A stretch of 57,407 nt of DNA from Rhynchopus sp. YZ270_cl-10. Taxonomy: Eukaryota. Each line of letters starts with the position of its first letter. The first letter of the stretch is position 1. The stretch covers positions 1,674,001 to 1,731,407 of the forward strand of contig OZ037847.1 in NCBI GenBank assembly GCA_964035575.1, given 5' to 3'. Below, piece after piece: positions 11,154-22,619 of the stretch. A program made the position numbers and the translations under genes. The notes beneath the pieces were generated by a model. The model was not told the origin of the DNA and did not search any database. It saw nothing but the letters and a program-made list of their open reading frames with translations.

Positions 11154-14100
11154 ATGTTGCGAAGCACACTAGTCCAAGGCACTGCCCGTGTCATAGCAGG
11201 GCAGAGGCGGTCATGCCAGTCGACACGCATCGTTGAGCCTCGTAAGGCCGAGACTGTGCTGTCACCCGGGTCCCTTGCGTATCTTGAGGAGATGTCGCAA
11301 CGCATCCAGCAGGGCGAGGAGGTCAACGTCACTGTACGCCAGGTGGTTGAGTCCGTGGAGGGTGCACTGAGCCTGGACGAGCCCATCATCTCCCGCGAGT
11401 TCGCACGCCCCACAAAGGACTCAAACAGAAGCGCAACACCCCAAGAGATCCGTGACGCCATCAAAGTAGCGCAGATGATCCGTGCCTTCTCCGTGCGTGG
11501 CCACTTCATGTGCGACCTCGACCCCCTCGGCCTCCTCAAGGGCGGCATCGACAGGAGCGGTGAAGTGCCCGGCGAGCTCACCCCAGACTACTTCGGCTTC
11601 ACAGAGTCGGATATGGACAAAGAGTTCCTGGTGCAGATGCACGAGGACATCGGTGGGATCTTCTCTAAGGGCGGCAGTATGACGCTCAGCAAGCTGCTCG
11701 AAAAGCTGAAGGACATCTACTGCGGCCGCATCGGGTGGGAGTTCATGCACATCCCCGACAGGGAGTGCACCAAATGGCTGCGCGAGCGTCTCGAGCTCCC
11801 AGAGGCAACCGACCTGAACCCCTCCATTGAGGACAAGAAGTCGATCCTCAAGGACCTTGCCGTCGGTGAGCTGTTCGAGCAGTTCCTGCACGTCAAGTAC
11901 CCAACAAAGCGCTTTGGGCTGGACGGAGGCGACGCGCTGATCCCCGGTATGATGGCCATGATCGAGCGGTGTGCGGACGACGGTGTGTCCGACGTTGTGA
12001 TCGGGATGTCCCACAGAGGGCGTCTCAACGTTCTCGCAAACGTGTGCGGGAAGCCCCTGACGCAGATCCTGCACGAATTCGAAGACGTGCTCCCTGAGAA
12101 TTCTTTCGGGAGCGGTGACGTGAAGTACCATTTGGGAACCGTGCAGGACCGTGTCACAAAGAGCGGGAAGCCCATCCGTGTGTCCCTTGTTGCAAACCCC
12201 AGCCATCTCGAAGCAGTTAACCCTGTGGTTGCAGGAAAGACACGCGCCAAGCAGCGCTACGCACAGGACCACGACGGGTCCAGATCTGTCCCCATCCTCC
12301 TCCACGGTGACGCAGCCTTCTCTGGGCAGGGTGTGTGCTACGAGACCTCTGGGCTTGCGAACCTGTACAGGTACACCTGCGGAGGTACCATCCACATTGT
12401 TGTGAACAACCAGATCGGCTTCACCACAAACCCCCAGGAGAACAGATCTTCCCCATACTGCACAGACATCGGGAAGCAAGGACACCCTGTCTTCCACGTG
12501 AACGGCGATGACCCAGAGAGCGTTGTGCGTGTGTGCAAAATGGCAGTCGACTACCGCCAGAAGTTCAAGAGCGACGTCATCATCGACCTTGTGTGCTACA
12601 GGCGCAACGGGCACAACGAAAAGGACGAGCCTATGTTCACACAGCCGATGATGTACCAGGCCATCAAGGACCACCCCTCCGTGCTCACCCTCTACGAGAA
12701 GAAGCTCATTGAAGAAGGCTCGCTCACAAAGAAGGACACCCAGGCCGTCCGCAAGGAGGTGGACAAGCACCTCAAGGAACAATACAAAAGCGCGAAGAGC
12801 TACATTCCCGACAAGAACGACTGGCTCGAGTCGAAGTGGGAATTCTACAGGTCGAATAGCCAACTCGCCTCCCTCAGAAGCACAGGTGTCAGTGTAGCAC
12901 AGCTGCAGGACATAGGCAAGAAGCTGTACGAGTACCCCGAAGGCTTTGTCCCGCACCCTAAGTTGAAGGGCATTCTGAAGCGCAGTCAGGGCCATCTTGC
13001 CACTGGCGAGTCTATCGAGTGGGGCACTGCGGAGGCACTTGCATTAGGAACCCTTCTGCTTGAGGGCAACCACGTGCGCCTGAGTGGGCAGGATGTGGAG
13101 AGAGGAACATTCTCGCACCGCCACGCCGTCATCCACGACTACAACACCGCAGACACGTACTGCCCCCTTGGGAACCTGCACTCCTCGCAGGCGCACTTTG
13201 AGGTGTGCAACTCGTCGCTCTCTGAGTACGGTGTCCTTGGGTTCGAGGTGGGCTACAGCATGGAGAACCCAGCCTCGCTGGTGCTGTGGGAGGCGCAGTT
13301 CGGGGACTTTGCGAACGGTGCGCAGGTCATCTTTGACCAGTTCCTTTCCAGTGGAGAGGAGAAGTGGGTGCGTCAGTGCGGTCTGGTTGTGCTCCTGCCC
13401 CACGGATACGACGGACAGGGTCCTGAGCACTCCTCGAGCCGTATTGAGAGATACCTGATTGCGTCCGACGAGGACGAGACTGGCCCTAAGGGAGGTGCCA
13501 CCAACTCTGAGGAGCAGATTCTGCGTTCCAACTGGCAGGTATGTTCCATGATTTTGTTTTCTCAACATGCTGTCAACAGCGCTACTCCACGTGGTTTGTC
13601 CACAACAACCCAACACTCAACATATCACCAACAACAGGTCTGCTACCCGTCGACACCGGCGAACTACTTCCACATGCTGAGAAGACAGCTCCACAGAGAG
13701 TTCAGAAAGCCCCTCATTGTCGCTGTGTATGTCCCCTCCCACCAACACCCACACATGCTCCATTCCCTGCAGCTCGAAGGCATACCTGCGGGCACCGAAC
13801 GTGTCGCCGCTCTCAGACTTCTCGCCGGAGACGTCCTTCAAATTGGGTATGTAATGTCCTCCCTTTCCTGCTCCCCTATAAACACCTTCTTCAGTGATTG
13901 ACGACCCATCCGATCAATTGGTGACGCCGCCGATTCTTGTGAAAAAGGTTGCGTTCTGCTCAGGACAGATCTACTTCAAGGCTGCAGAGGAGCGGAAGAA
14001 GCGTGAGAGGTGGGACGTTGCGCTGGTGCGTGTCGAGCAGCTTGCGCCGTTCCCCTTCCAGCAGGTGAAGGAGGTGCTTGAGCGCTACAGCAACGCTGAG

Positions 14101-14547
14101 GTGGTGTGGCTCCAGGAGGAGCCCAAGAACATGGGTGCGTGGACACACACCCGCCCCCGCTTCCGCACTGTGATCAACGAGCTGAACCTGAACAGCAAGA
14201 TCCGCTACGTCGGTAGGGCACCTGCTGCGTCGCCCGCCACTGGTCTCGCGGTATGATTCTTTTATTCTTATGCGACTCAGCAGAGAGGCTTAGGTTCATC
14301 TTATAATCTTATAAAACTAAGACGTACGGCCGATGCTAAACAATGTTGATGGCTTTGTCTCATTTTGGACCCTCTTTTTCTTATGTGGCTTGCCCCGACC
14401 ATTTTACGCGCGATTCTCACCATAGGATGGCAGTTCACACTATATCAGTTTACGATACTTTTCAAAACCATCTACAAAACCACATACCCATCACAGAGCA
14501 TCCACGCCGTTGAGCACCAGAGACTGATGGACAGCCTCTTCGACTGA
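11154..14547 (+). CDS. OGDH: 2-oxoglutarate dehydrogenase E1, mitochondrial, 5 exons (11154-13538, 13638-13726, 13773-13846, 13895-14250, 14497-14547)
   Basis: Motifs KRFGLDG, GMSHRGRLN, GDVKYHLG, NPSHLE, HGDAAF, NNQIGFTT, LWEAQFGDF, GPEHSS, QEEPKNMG. Arg/Ser-rich presequence from the ATG at 11154. Four frame-consistent GTATG...CAG introns. Confidence 0.96.
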
Positions 14548-15372
14548 GCCCCGCTACCCAGCATTCGGGTCCAGCCCGGGTGTGTTTCCCCCTTTTTTTC
14601 AGTTTTGGATTTTGTAAAAGAGTGTGAGGAGTGACAAATGTGAGGTTGATGTTATGTAGGTTTGCAGAATGCAGGTTTTCGGTCTTCGCCTAATGGGGAA
14701 CAAAAAGTAAAACAGAAATTACAAAAAAAAGAAAAGAAAAAGAAAAACTCTGACCCGAGCTATTAGCTTCGCCCTGGTACGTCAACACCTCTTCTTTCTC
14801 GGTTGCCTTTTGTTCTGCCTTTCATTCCTTTACCGACGAGTGGAAGCAGGACAAAGAAGTCTCAGTGTACACCGCGAAAAGCGAGAGTAGGTTGGCTGTG
14901 GGCGGCACGTGGAGATCTTCGTCAAATTTTCGAAAAAAAAAAAAGCAAAACAAAACAAACCAAATTCAAAAAAAAAGTTCTTTTCTTTTCCAGTCGAAGT
15001 AGCAACTGTATATCTATGACGAACAAAAATATGTATTACAACCGTTCAAACGAACACCATTTTGTTTTTTTTTTCTGTTCGCAATCAATGCTTTGTATGA
15101 AACAAAAATTGGGGGAGGGGGTTTTCCAACTATGGAACCATTGGGAGGGAAACAGCCATTTATTAAAGCAGACAAAAAAAAATCGCAACGACGGAAATAT
15201 GAAAAAAGAAACCGAAAATTTCACAAAGAAGCAGGAAAAAACCATGGAACAAAAAAGTCTTCTCTCCCTCTCTCTCTCCTTCTCCCTCTACCCCCAGACG
15301 TCCTTTCTCTTATCCCCACCCACCTCCACCACACACTCTTCCCCCACCAGAATCAATTCACAACAACCAAAA

Positions 15373-16758
15373 ATGAGTTTCACCGAATCTGATACTCTAC
15401 TTAAGGATGCGGCCACTCGTGTCCAAATCGATGATGGGTTTGACGGAAAGGACGATGATGGTGCGTCTACGAGTGCTTCGTGGTTGACCCGCGATGTGAA
15501 GAACAAGGAGATGGTGAAGTCCTACGTCACCACCGTGTGCACCATGGCGGGAACAGGCATTCTGGGGCTTCCCTTCACACTCAAGCAGGGCGGGTGGTTG
15601 ATGACACCCCTTCTGGTTTTCATCGGAGTAATGGCGCTGTACACAGGCAAGCTGGTGATGAGAAACCTCTACCGCCCGGCAGGAAGGCTTGCAGGGTACC
15701 CCGAGACCGGTGAGGTTGCGTGTGGCTTCTACGGCAAGATGGCAGTGCACATCTTTCAGAAGTCAACGCTGCTGGGCGTCTCCACACTCTTCCTGATCCT
15801 CGCCGCACAGTTCCTCAACTCTGCCTTCGACGAGTTCAGCTCCCACCACAACCCCACCAAAAGGCAGTGGACGCTCATCTCCGCAGGCGTCGTTTCCATC
15901 CCGGTGCTCTTCTTCTCCAACATGGATGCGCTTGCTTCGACGTCAACCCTTGGCTCGTTGGTGACATTTACATGTGTGATCGGCGTGCTCATCATTGCTG
16001 CGACACACAAGCCGGCTGAAGACCCGTCGCACGATTTTGTGCACGTCACCAACTTCCCGATTGCGTTTTCTGCAGTGTGCCTGTCGTTTGGAGGCCATGC
16101 AGCGTTCCCAACAATCCAGCAGAACATGGCACAGATGGGTGTAGGGATGAACCGCTTCAACCGCGTGCTTGACTACTCCTTCGCGACGCTCATGATCTTC
16201 TACGTTCCCGTTGCCGTGACGGGGTACTACATCTACGGGGAAGACGTCGCCTCTCCCATTGTGGGCTCTCTTCCACCGTCGAACCCAGGCACCATCACAA
16301 TTGAACTGGCGATGACGATCCACTTGTTGATGGCGTTCCCCATTCCGCAGCAGGTTGTGTACAACGAGATTGAAGTCTACTTTGGGCTCGTCCGCGAGGA
16401 CGGAAAGTACCTTTCCACGCTCGACCTGTCGCACATTGCACCCCGCTTCTGCATCCGTGCGTTTGGTCTCATCTGCTCGGCGATGACTGCGTACTTCATG
16501 CCATACTTTATGGACTTTATGTCCTTGGTGGGTGCCTTGGGTGTTGGTGTCATGGTCTTTATTCTCCCCTCTCTCTTTGCCATTTGCCTCCACGAGAAGG
16601 AGCGCGAGCCAGGTCCACGCAGCAACGACGAGATCATCTGGTACACTTGGCTGGTGTTCATCATCCTCATCGGATTCGTTGGTGGCGGTGTCGGTGCCCA
16701 GCAAGCAATCAAGGGGCTCATCGACCACATCAAAGCTGACAAAACCGGTCTCGATTGA
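15373..16758 (+). CDS. Amino-acid transporter, AAAP/Aa_trans family
   Basis: AGTGILGLPF..KQGGW and FGGHAAFP motifs with ~10-11 hydrophobic segments. ATG at 15373; the upstream part of the 14803 ORF is AT-rich UTR. Confidence 0.92.
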   Translation: MSFTESDTLLKDAATRVQIDDGFDGKDDDGASTSASWLTRDVKNKEMVKSYVTTVCTMAGTGILGLPFTLKQGGWLMTPLLVFIGVMALYTGKLVMRNLYRPAGRLAGYPETGEVACGFYGKMAVHIFQKSTLLGVSTLFLILAAQFLNSAFDEFSSHHNPTKRQWTLISAGVVSIPVLFFSNMDALASTSTLGSLVTFTCVIGVLIIAATHKPAEDPSHDFVHVTNFPIAFSAVCLSFGGHAAFPTIQQNMAQMGVGMNRFNRVLDYSFATLMIFYVPVAVTGYYIYGEDVASPIVGSLPPSNPGTITIELAMTIHLLMAFPIPQQVVYNEIEVYFGLVREDGKYLSTLDLSHIAPRFCIRAFGLICSAMTAYFMPYFMDFMSLVGALGVGVMVFILPSLFAICLHEKEREPGPRSNDEIIWYTWLVFIILIGFVGGGVGAQQAIKGLIDHIKADKTGLD

Positions 16759-18629
16759 TCTGCAGGAAGGTCACCTGTTCATTTTGCATTTGGTTCTAAA
16801 CTTTTCTTTCTTTTAGTGTGCCTGGGCTCGCTCATCTTTCAGCTTTATTTTTTATGTGCCTATGAGAGGCGACGTTGCTTATACAGAAGCATCAGTCAGG
16901 CTGTCCTGACACGCCTCCTGAGCAGCAGCCACGTGGGTGTGGGCTTTTGATTGAAGTTTCATCACTGTGCTAGGGGAACTCATGGCTTCTCTGTCTGGGC
17001 ACACGTAGTAGTGTGCCCGCCTTCATCACACGGAACATTCCCAGCTCTTCAGGTCCTGGAATGTCATCCCAACCGGTGCAGTGTAAATGTTGCTGCCCGG
17101 CTCTGGACTCTTGGGGGTTTTTATTTTTTGTGAAGAACCGGATCACTTTTTGTTTTTCCTCTTTTTTTTTTTTTTTTTTTTTGTTGCATTTTCAACGAAT
17201 TTTTAAAGTCCATAATTGTTTATCCTGCACGAAAAAACACATTCAGTTGATATTGGCTTAGCACCAACTACTGGAGAACGTGCATGGGTACCTCTCCCCC
17301 GATCCCAAGCTTTGATTATTGTTGTTTATTTTTCTGCCCCAAGGTGAGTGCGAAGTGCCTTACAGACTGTCTTCCTTTTGGTGGCAAAATGCTCACCGGT
17401 GTTTTACCCTCAAAATGGCTGGTATTGGCAGCAGTGTAGTTAGAAAATGCACGATCCACCTTTTCGGATAACCGGTATCAAGTTGTGTGCGCCCAATGCT
17501 TCAGCTTTTCTTTCAAAGAAATTATCGGTTTTTGCACGTTTTCGTGTTTTGATAGCGTGGATCCTGCCACGCCAGATTGTGAAACAGCATTCACCCGAAT
17601 TGGAAGTGGGAATCTATTTTTTTTTTTTTTTTTTCAATTTCTCTCTTTTGTTTGTTTGCATTATGCCCGTCGTCGTTGCCGTTGCGGATGTGAGTTTCCA
17701 GAGTCTTTCTTGCCTCGTTTAATCTTTGCTCCTGCTGGCCGAGGTCAAATACTACTTTCATTTGCGGGTCAGAAGGATGCCACACTGCATATCTAGCACG
17801 ACTGGCACACACTGTGCTAAAAGGACTGTGGCTTCGAGCTGAGCTGCGAACTGTACCAGTTTGCGGGCATGAATTCTCTTCGAAGCCTAATTCCCACGGC
17901 AGCCTCACGGAGGATGTGTGTACTATGCCATTAACCCCTTCCCCCCTTTTTCTCCCCTATAGGGGGAGCCACCAAAGGCGTTTTGCTGTCCAAAACCCAT
18001 TTTTTTGGGACAAGAAATGCTCTGTTGAGGTCGTCAAGTGGTTTATTGGGATATATGGGTGATCCCCAGGGTGATTTGCGGCCATTTTAGTGGGTTTCTT
18101 CACCGAAATTTCAAAAAAAATGGGTTTCGGACAGCAATTTCCTTCTACGTGGTTCCCCCTACTTTTCTCCCCTCTCAGAAGTTCCTTGAGGGGAGTCGTT
18201 TGTTCAGGAAATCCCGCACAAAGGTCGAGGCGTGACTTTTGGTGGTCAGTACTGTTTGTAGGTGACCTAACCCGAGAAGCTTAGGTTCACCAACACCAAT
18301 TTTTCTTTTTCTTTTTTTTTAGAAGGGCCAGCTGCTACCGTTTCGTCTGTATTTTAATATATTTTTTTTATCAACTACTTTTGAATTTGCGCACAGTTGA
18401 AATCCTGATTGCACAACGCCGATGCCTCTTTTTGCTTCGGATGTGTGCCGTCCGTGATTCCAATTTTCTTGAGCACCCAACTTCCCATTGTTGTTTTTTT
18501 GTCCTCTTTTGGGGAGTACACGTTACCACCCTATGCTTACTGTTTGATACAGTAGTAAGTACATGAATTTGTGTATTTTTTTTTTGGTGCACTCTTTCAT
18601 GATTTGATTTCATTTTTTTTTTTTTTTAA

Positions 18630-19998
18630 CCCTTTAGACCCGAAGCCAGATTTTCGACCCACTTTTGAGTTTTGGTTTTGGGGGCTCTCCAACCGGTAAA
18701 GGGACCCCAGATGCAAATTTTTAATCGTACCTGGCCGCAATTGAAAGATTTTGAACACGGCTTTCAATTCCATTATTTTAACTTTTTTTTCGCAAAAAAA
18801 TGTTTTACCCAAAATGAGGTACGCATAAAATCCATCTTTTGGTTTTTTACTGATCCTTCCGGCAAAAAAAATCACCGTAAATTATTGCTGTCCGAAAATG
18901 GCGTTATTTGAAAGATTGACCACAAAATCTTTTCAAACAAAAAAAAAATCGAGCAAAAAGTCCTAGTAGAATCCAACTTAGATGAGTGTAGCTCTGTTAG
19001 CAGCATGTCTAAAAATCGATTTCCCTAACGATTTACACTGAAACACCACTACACACGTAAAAAGGCGATTTTTTTCACGTTTTTGGGCATCTACAGGTCC
19101 GAAACACCCCCAGAATGGGTCAGAATGACCCTGTGTGCCGAACATTCACAAAAAAAGCACCCTGCAATACGAAAAAATAGTGAAAACCCGGCTTATAGTG
19201 TGTTTTGGGTGGGAATAAGGCAAATAATAGTCAGAAAAACAGTGATTTTGGTGGTGGTTCTCACGGACTTCCAAAGTGCACTCAGATGCACAAAAGTTTT
19301 CGATTCTTGCTTCTTTTGACAGATTTGACATCAAATCTTTCCAAAAATGCAAAAATCTGTTCACGAAAATGAGTAGAACCCTACTTATCAACCCTACTCG
19401 CCTTACGACCTTGGCAACGTACAACCCGTGATTTTGGTGGTAAAATCACACCAAAATCCGAGGATAGCACAGATGCATAAAAGTTTTCGATTTTGTCGTA
19501 TTTTGAAAGATGCGAACGAAATCTTTCCACACAAAAAAAGTGTTTTCACGAAAACGACTAGAAAATTTCTTATCACATGGCGGCCCTGAAAAGTGACTTT
19601 TTCCCGTACTTTTTCATGCTCCCCGGCATCCAAGGAAAACCCAGATGCATAAAAGTGTTCTTAGATGGCGTATTTTGAAAGATCGGCTAAAAATCTTTCA
19701 AAATATAAAAAAATGTTTTTCTGAAAATGAGTAGAACCCCAGTAATAGCCTAGTGGTATTAGGAGGGATATTTTAGGGGGTGTTGGTCAAAAAACATGAT
19801 TTTCCGTGGCAGCTCCTCCTTCCCTCCAGCATCCAAAAAAATATCAGATGAACAAAACTTTTCGATTCTTGCTTCTTTTGAAAGATCGGCGCAAAATCTT
19901 TCAAAATATAAAAAATGTTTTTCCCATTTTGAGTAGAACACTCCTAATTGTCTGGCGCCATTCGGGTGGCCATATATGGGTATCTCGGGTCTAAAGGG
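18630..19998. mobile_element. Non-autonomous piggyBac-type DNA transposon (1369 bp)
   Basis: Perfect 14-bp TIRs CCCTTTAGACCCGA (18630) and TCGGGTCTAAAGGG (19985-19998), flanked by TTAA at 18626-18629 and 19999-20002. No transposase ORF. Internal degenerate ~185-bp repeats. Confidence 0.88.
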
Positions 19999-20716
19999 TT
20001 AAAGGGAAAAACTAATACGAACCCTCATGCGTCTGGCCAGAGTCCCAACGTCTCATATGCCACACTCTTAGGGATGAGGTGTCCCGTCTGTAAGTATCCT
20101 TGCCCCTCCAGACAGGTGGCTGCAGAGCGCACCTCTAGGCGAGACTGTTGATGACAAAAGCAAAACCATACCATTTTAACGCATCTTTGTTTGTGGCGTA
20201 TTTTTGAGATGTGAGTGCACGGGTACATCCATCTTTCAAATTTTCTCTTTTTTTCTCTGCAAGAATGAACAAAAGAGAGTTGATGCATGGTCGTACACTT
20301 CAGCTTCTCCAATACTGGGGGGCGTCTAATTGCGCAAAAGAACGTTTATTGCTTCTTCTTTCCTGGACAACGTGCAGCCGCGACTTTCCGCATTAATGAC
20401 ATTTGTTTTAATTTTTTTTTTTCATCCCTTTTTTTCTACCGCCCCCCCATTGTGTTCGCTCTCTCTAGCGTGCGTGTGTGTGTTTTTTTATATTGCCTGG
20501 GTGCTTTAAGGTAGATATCCATATTAGCAGTACGCCGTCATATTAGCAGCGCGCCGTACACGCGTTAGTTAGTTCACTCACACGGCTGAACTATCTTTGC
20601 ATTGCGTAGGAGGACATTCTAGAGATGTTAGATAATCCAGCCGAGTCAGGCTGCTTGTTCAAAAATCCAAACCCCAGTCGATTCTGAATTTTACCATTTT
20701 TTAAATTGGCAAAAGT

Positions 20717-21594
20717 CAGTGTTTCCGCGACCCAAAAATCGGACGAAGTTCGTCCGGTAGGAAAAAAAAAAAAAAAACTGCCGGACGAAGTTCATCCGGG
20801 GAGTGGGAAAAATGGGTGGGGAGAGGGCCCGGGGTACATTGTAAAGTGGACGAGTGGGGTGCGGCCCCGCAGGGGACGCACCCCACCCCGTATAGAAAAA
20901 TAAAGGCCTCCCCTCTTTGGCGTCGCGCAGATCTGCGGCCGCACTTATGGTATCCCCCTCTATCATTCCCCTCAAACCCTTTGCGGGTTTGCGCACGGAG
21001 TACAGCATTGAACAGCTAGGCAGATTGTACGACCAGTTCTTCACCCCCCACAAACTGTCCTACATGCATCACGATGTCGTGGGTGGGGATGCGCTGAAGC
21101 CGGTGTACAGCGACACCGCTGAACGGAAGCAGTTCCAGACAGCCAGTATTGTGCAGGGGGTTGAATTCAGTGACCTGTTGGCAGAGTGGCAAGAGCTCAA
21201 GTCGGTGTTGAGGGTGTGCACCTCAATGACAACTCTTCATGACGTTCTGATGTATGTTGAGCTCAATGAGGAAGGTGACACCGAGTACCCTCAGATGAGG
21301 ACGTTATTCCGTCTCTTGTTCACTCTTCCTGTGGGTACAAGCACAGCTGAGCGCTTATTCCACCACCCGCCACGCTTTGTTTTCGAGTATCTCGTAACGT
21401 GAGTTTCTCACCTGTTGTGTCTCACGAAAGACCGTGAGGCGAGACAACTCCGCCGGAGGCCCCCGACCCGGCGCGCGAAGCGCGCCGGGCTCGACCTGTA
21501 TTGTGTTAAGCACTATAGTAAAAAAAAATTTTTTGGGGGGGAAAAAAAACTCGTCTGCCCCCTTCGAAAACACCGGAAGAACGCGGAAACCCTG
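20717..21594 (+). mobile_element. hAT transposon internal-deletion derivative (878 bp)
   Basis: TIRs CAGTGTTTCCGCG and CGCGGAAACCCTG (1 mismatch). Exact 8-bp TSD GCAAAAGT at 20709-20716 and 21595-21602. Confidence 0.92.
20990..21402 (+). pseudogene. hAT transposase C-terminal dimerisation-domain remnant (5' boundary approximate)
   Basis: YPQMRTLFRLLFTLPVGTSTAERLF matches the hAT dimerisation consensus (YP.L...L..P.SS...ER.F). The rest of the transposase is absent. Confidence 0.85.
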
Positions 21595-22619
21595 GCAAAA
21601 GTCAAAAAAAATAAAAACTGATCAGCCCAACAGTCGGATTACTGTCCATGTACATCGGCTTTACTCGAACCCCGGCAGTGTGTAGTGGTTTGCCATTCAT
21701 TTGAAAAGTATCTGACTTCTATTTGAATGGGTGCCAACCATGTTTTTTTATAAGTGTGAACTATTCGAATGTGTTGCGCCAACGAAGTAGAACAAACCAA
21801 GACAGCATGGACACAGCAACAATAATATTTTTGGTGCGTCCAAAAAATCCTTATTCACAACTTTGCTCTAAGTATGCCCCCAGTCCTCCCAGCACCCCTT
21901 AAGCATACAGTGCACACGAGTCGGATTATCGGATACGATAATAACTATCGTATGAAATTATCGCATATTATCGCACGATAATGTACGTTACCCCTTTTTT
22001 TTACCCCTTGAAGGCCCCTTTTTCTTTTTGGATGCAAGTATCTCGTTGGGTGTTGTTTTCCCCCTTGTTCCCTACCAAAATGAAGCATGGTAGCGCACAT
22101 TGCGCCGTGCGTTTTTGGTTCAGAAATGTTTCTTTTCTGTTCTGCGCGCCAAATATCGACTCGAGGGCTTTTTCTGACTGGTAGTATGAACTGTTTGTGT
22201 ATGAACGGTTTGTATCACCCAGAAGCAAATGTCCAAATTCATATCTGGGGCTCTTTTCAGCAGCAGTGTGTTTGTGGCCCACTCCCCCAGTCCATCCCTC
22301 ACGTCATTATTTAGTGTGCAACAAAAGAGTGTTTGTGTCTAAATGAAAATTCTGAACCAAAACAGAAACCAAACCAAACCAAACCAAACCAACTCAGGCA
22401 TGTGGGCTTGGAGGTGACTTCAAAGCAGAATTTTTTTCGTTTGGAGAGTCGCTTACCGAGGCAACTCATATCCAACTTTGCATTGTTTTTTAAAAAGGTA
22501 AATTTTTTGAAAAAAAAAAGTGCATTTTCACCCTCTTTTTCTATGATTTCCAGATTTTGAGTTCCCCTCTCGTATCAGCACAAATAGGATCTACACAAAT
22601 ACAACAAACGCACCACACA

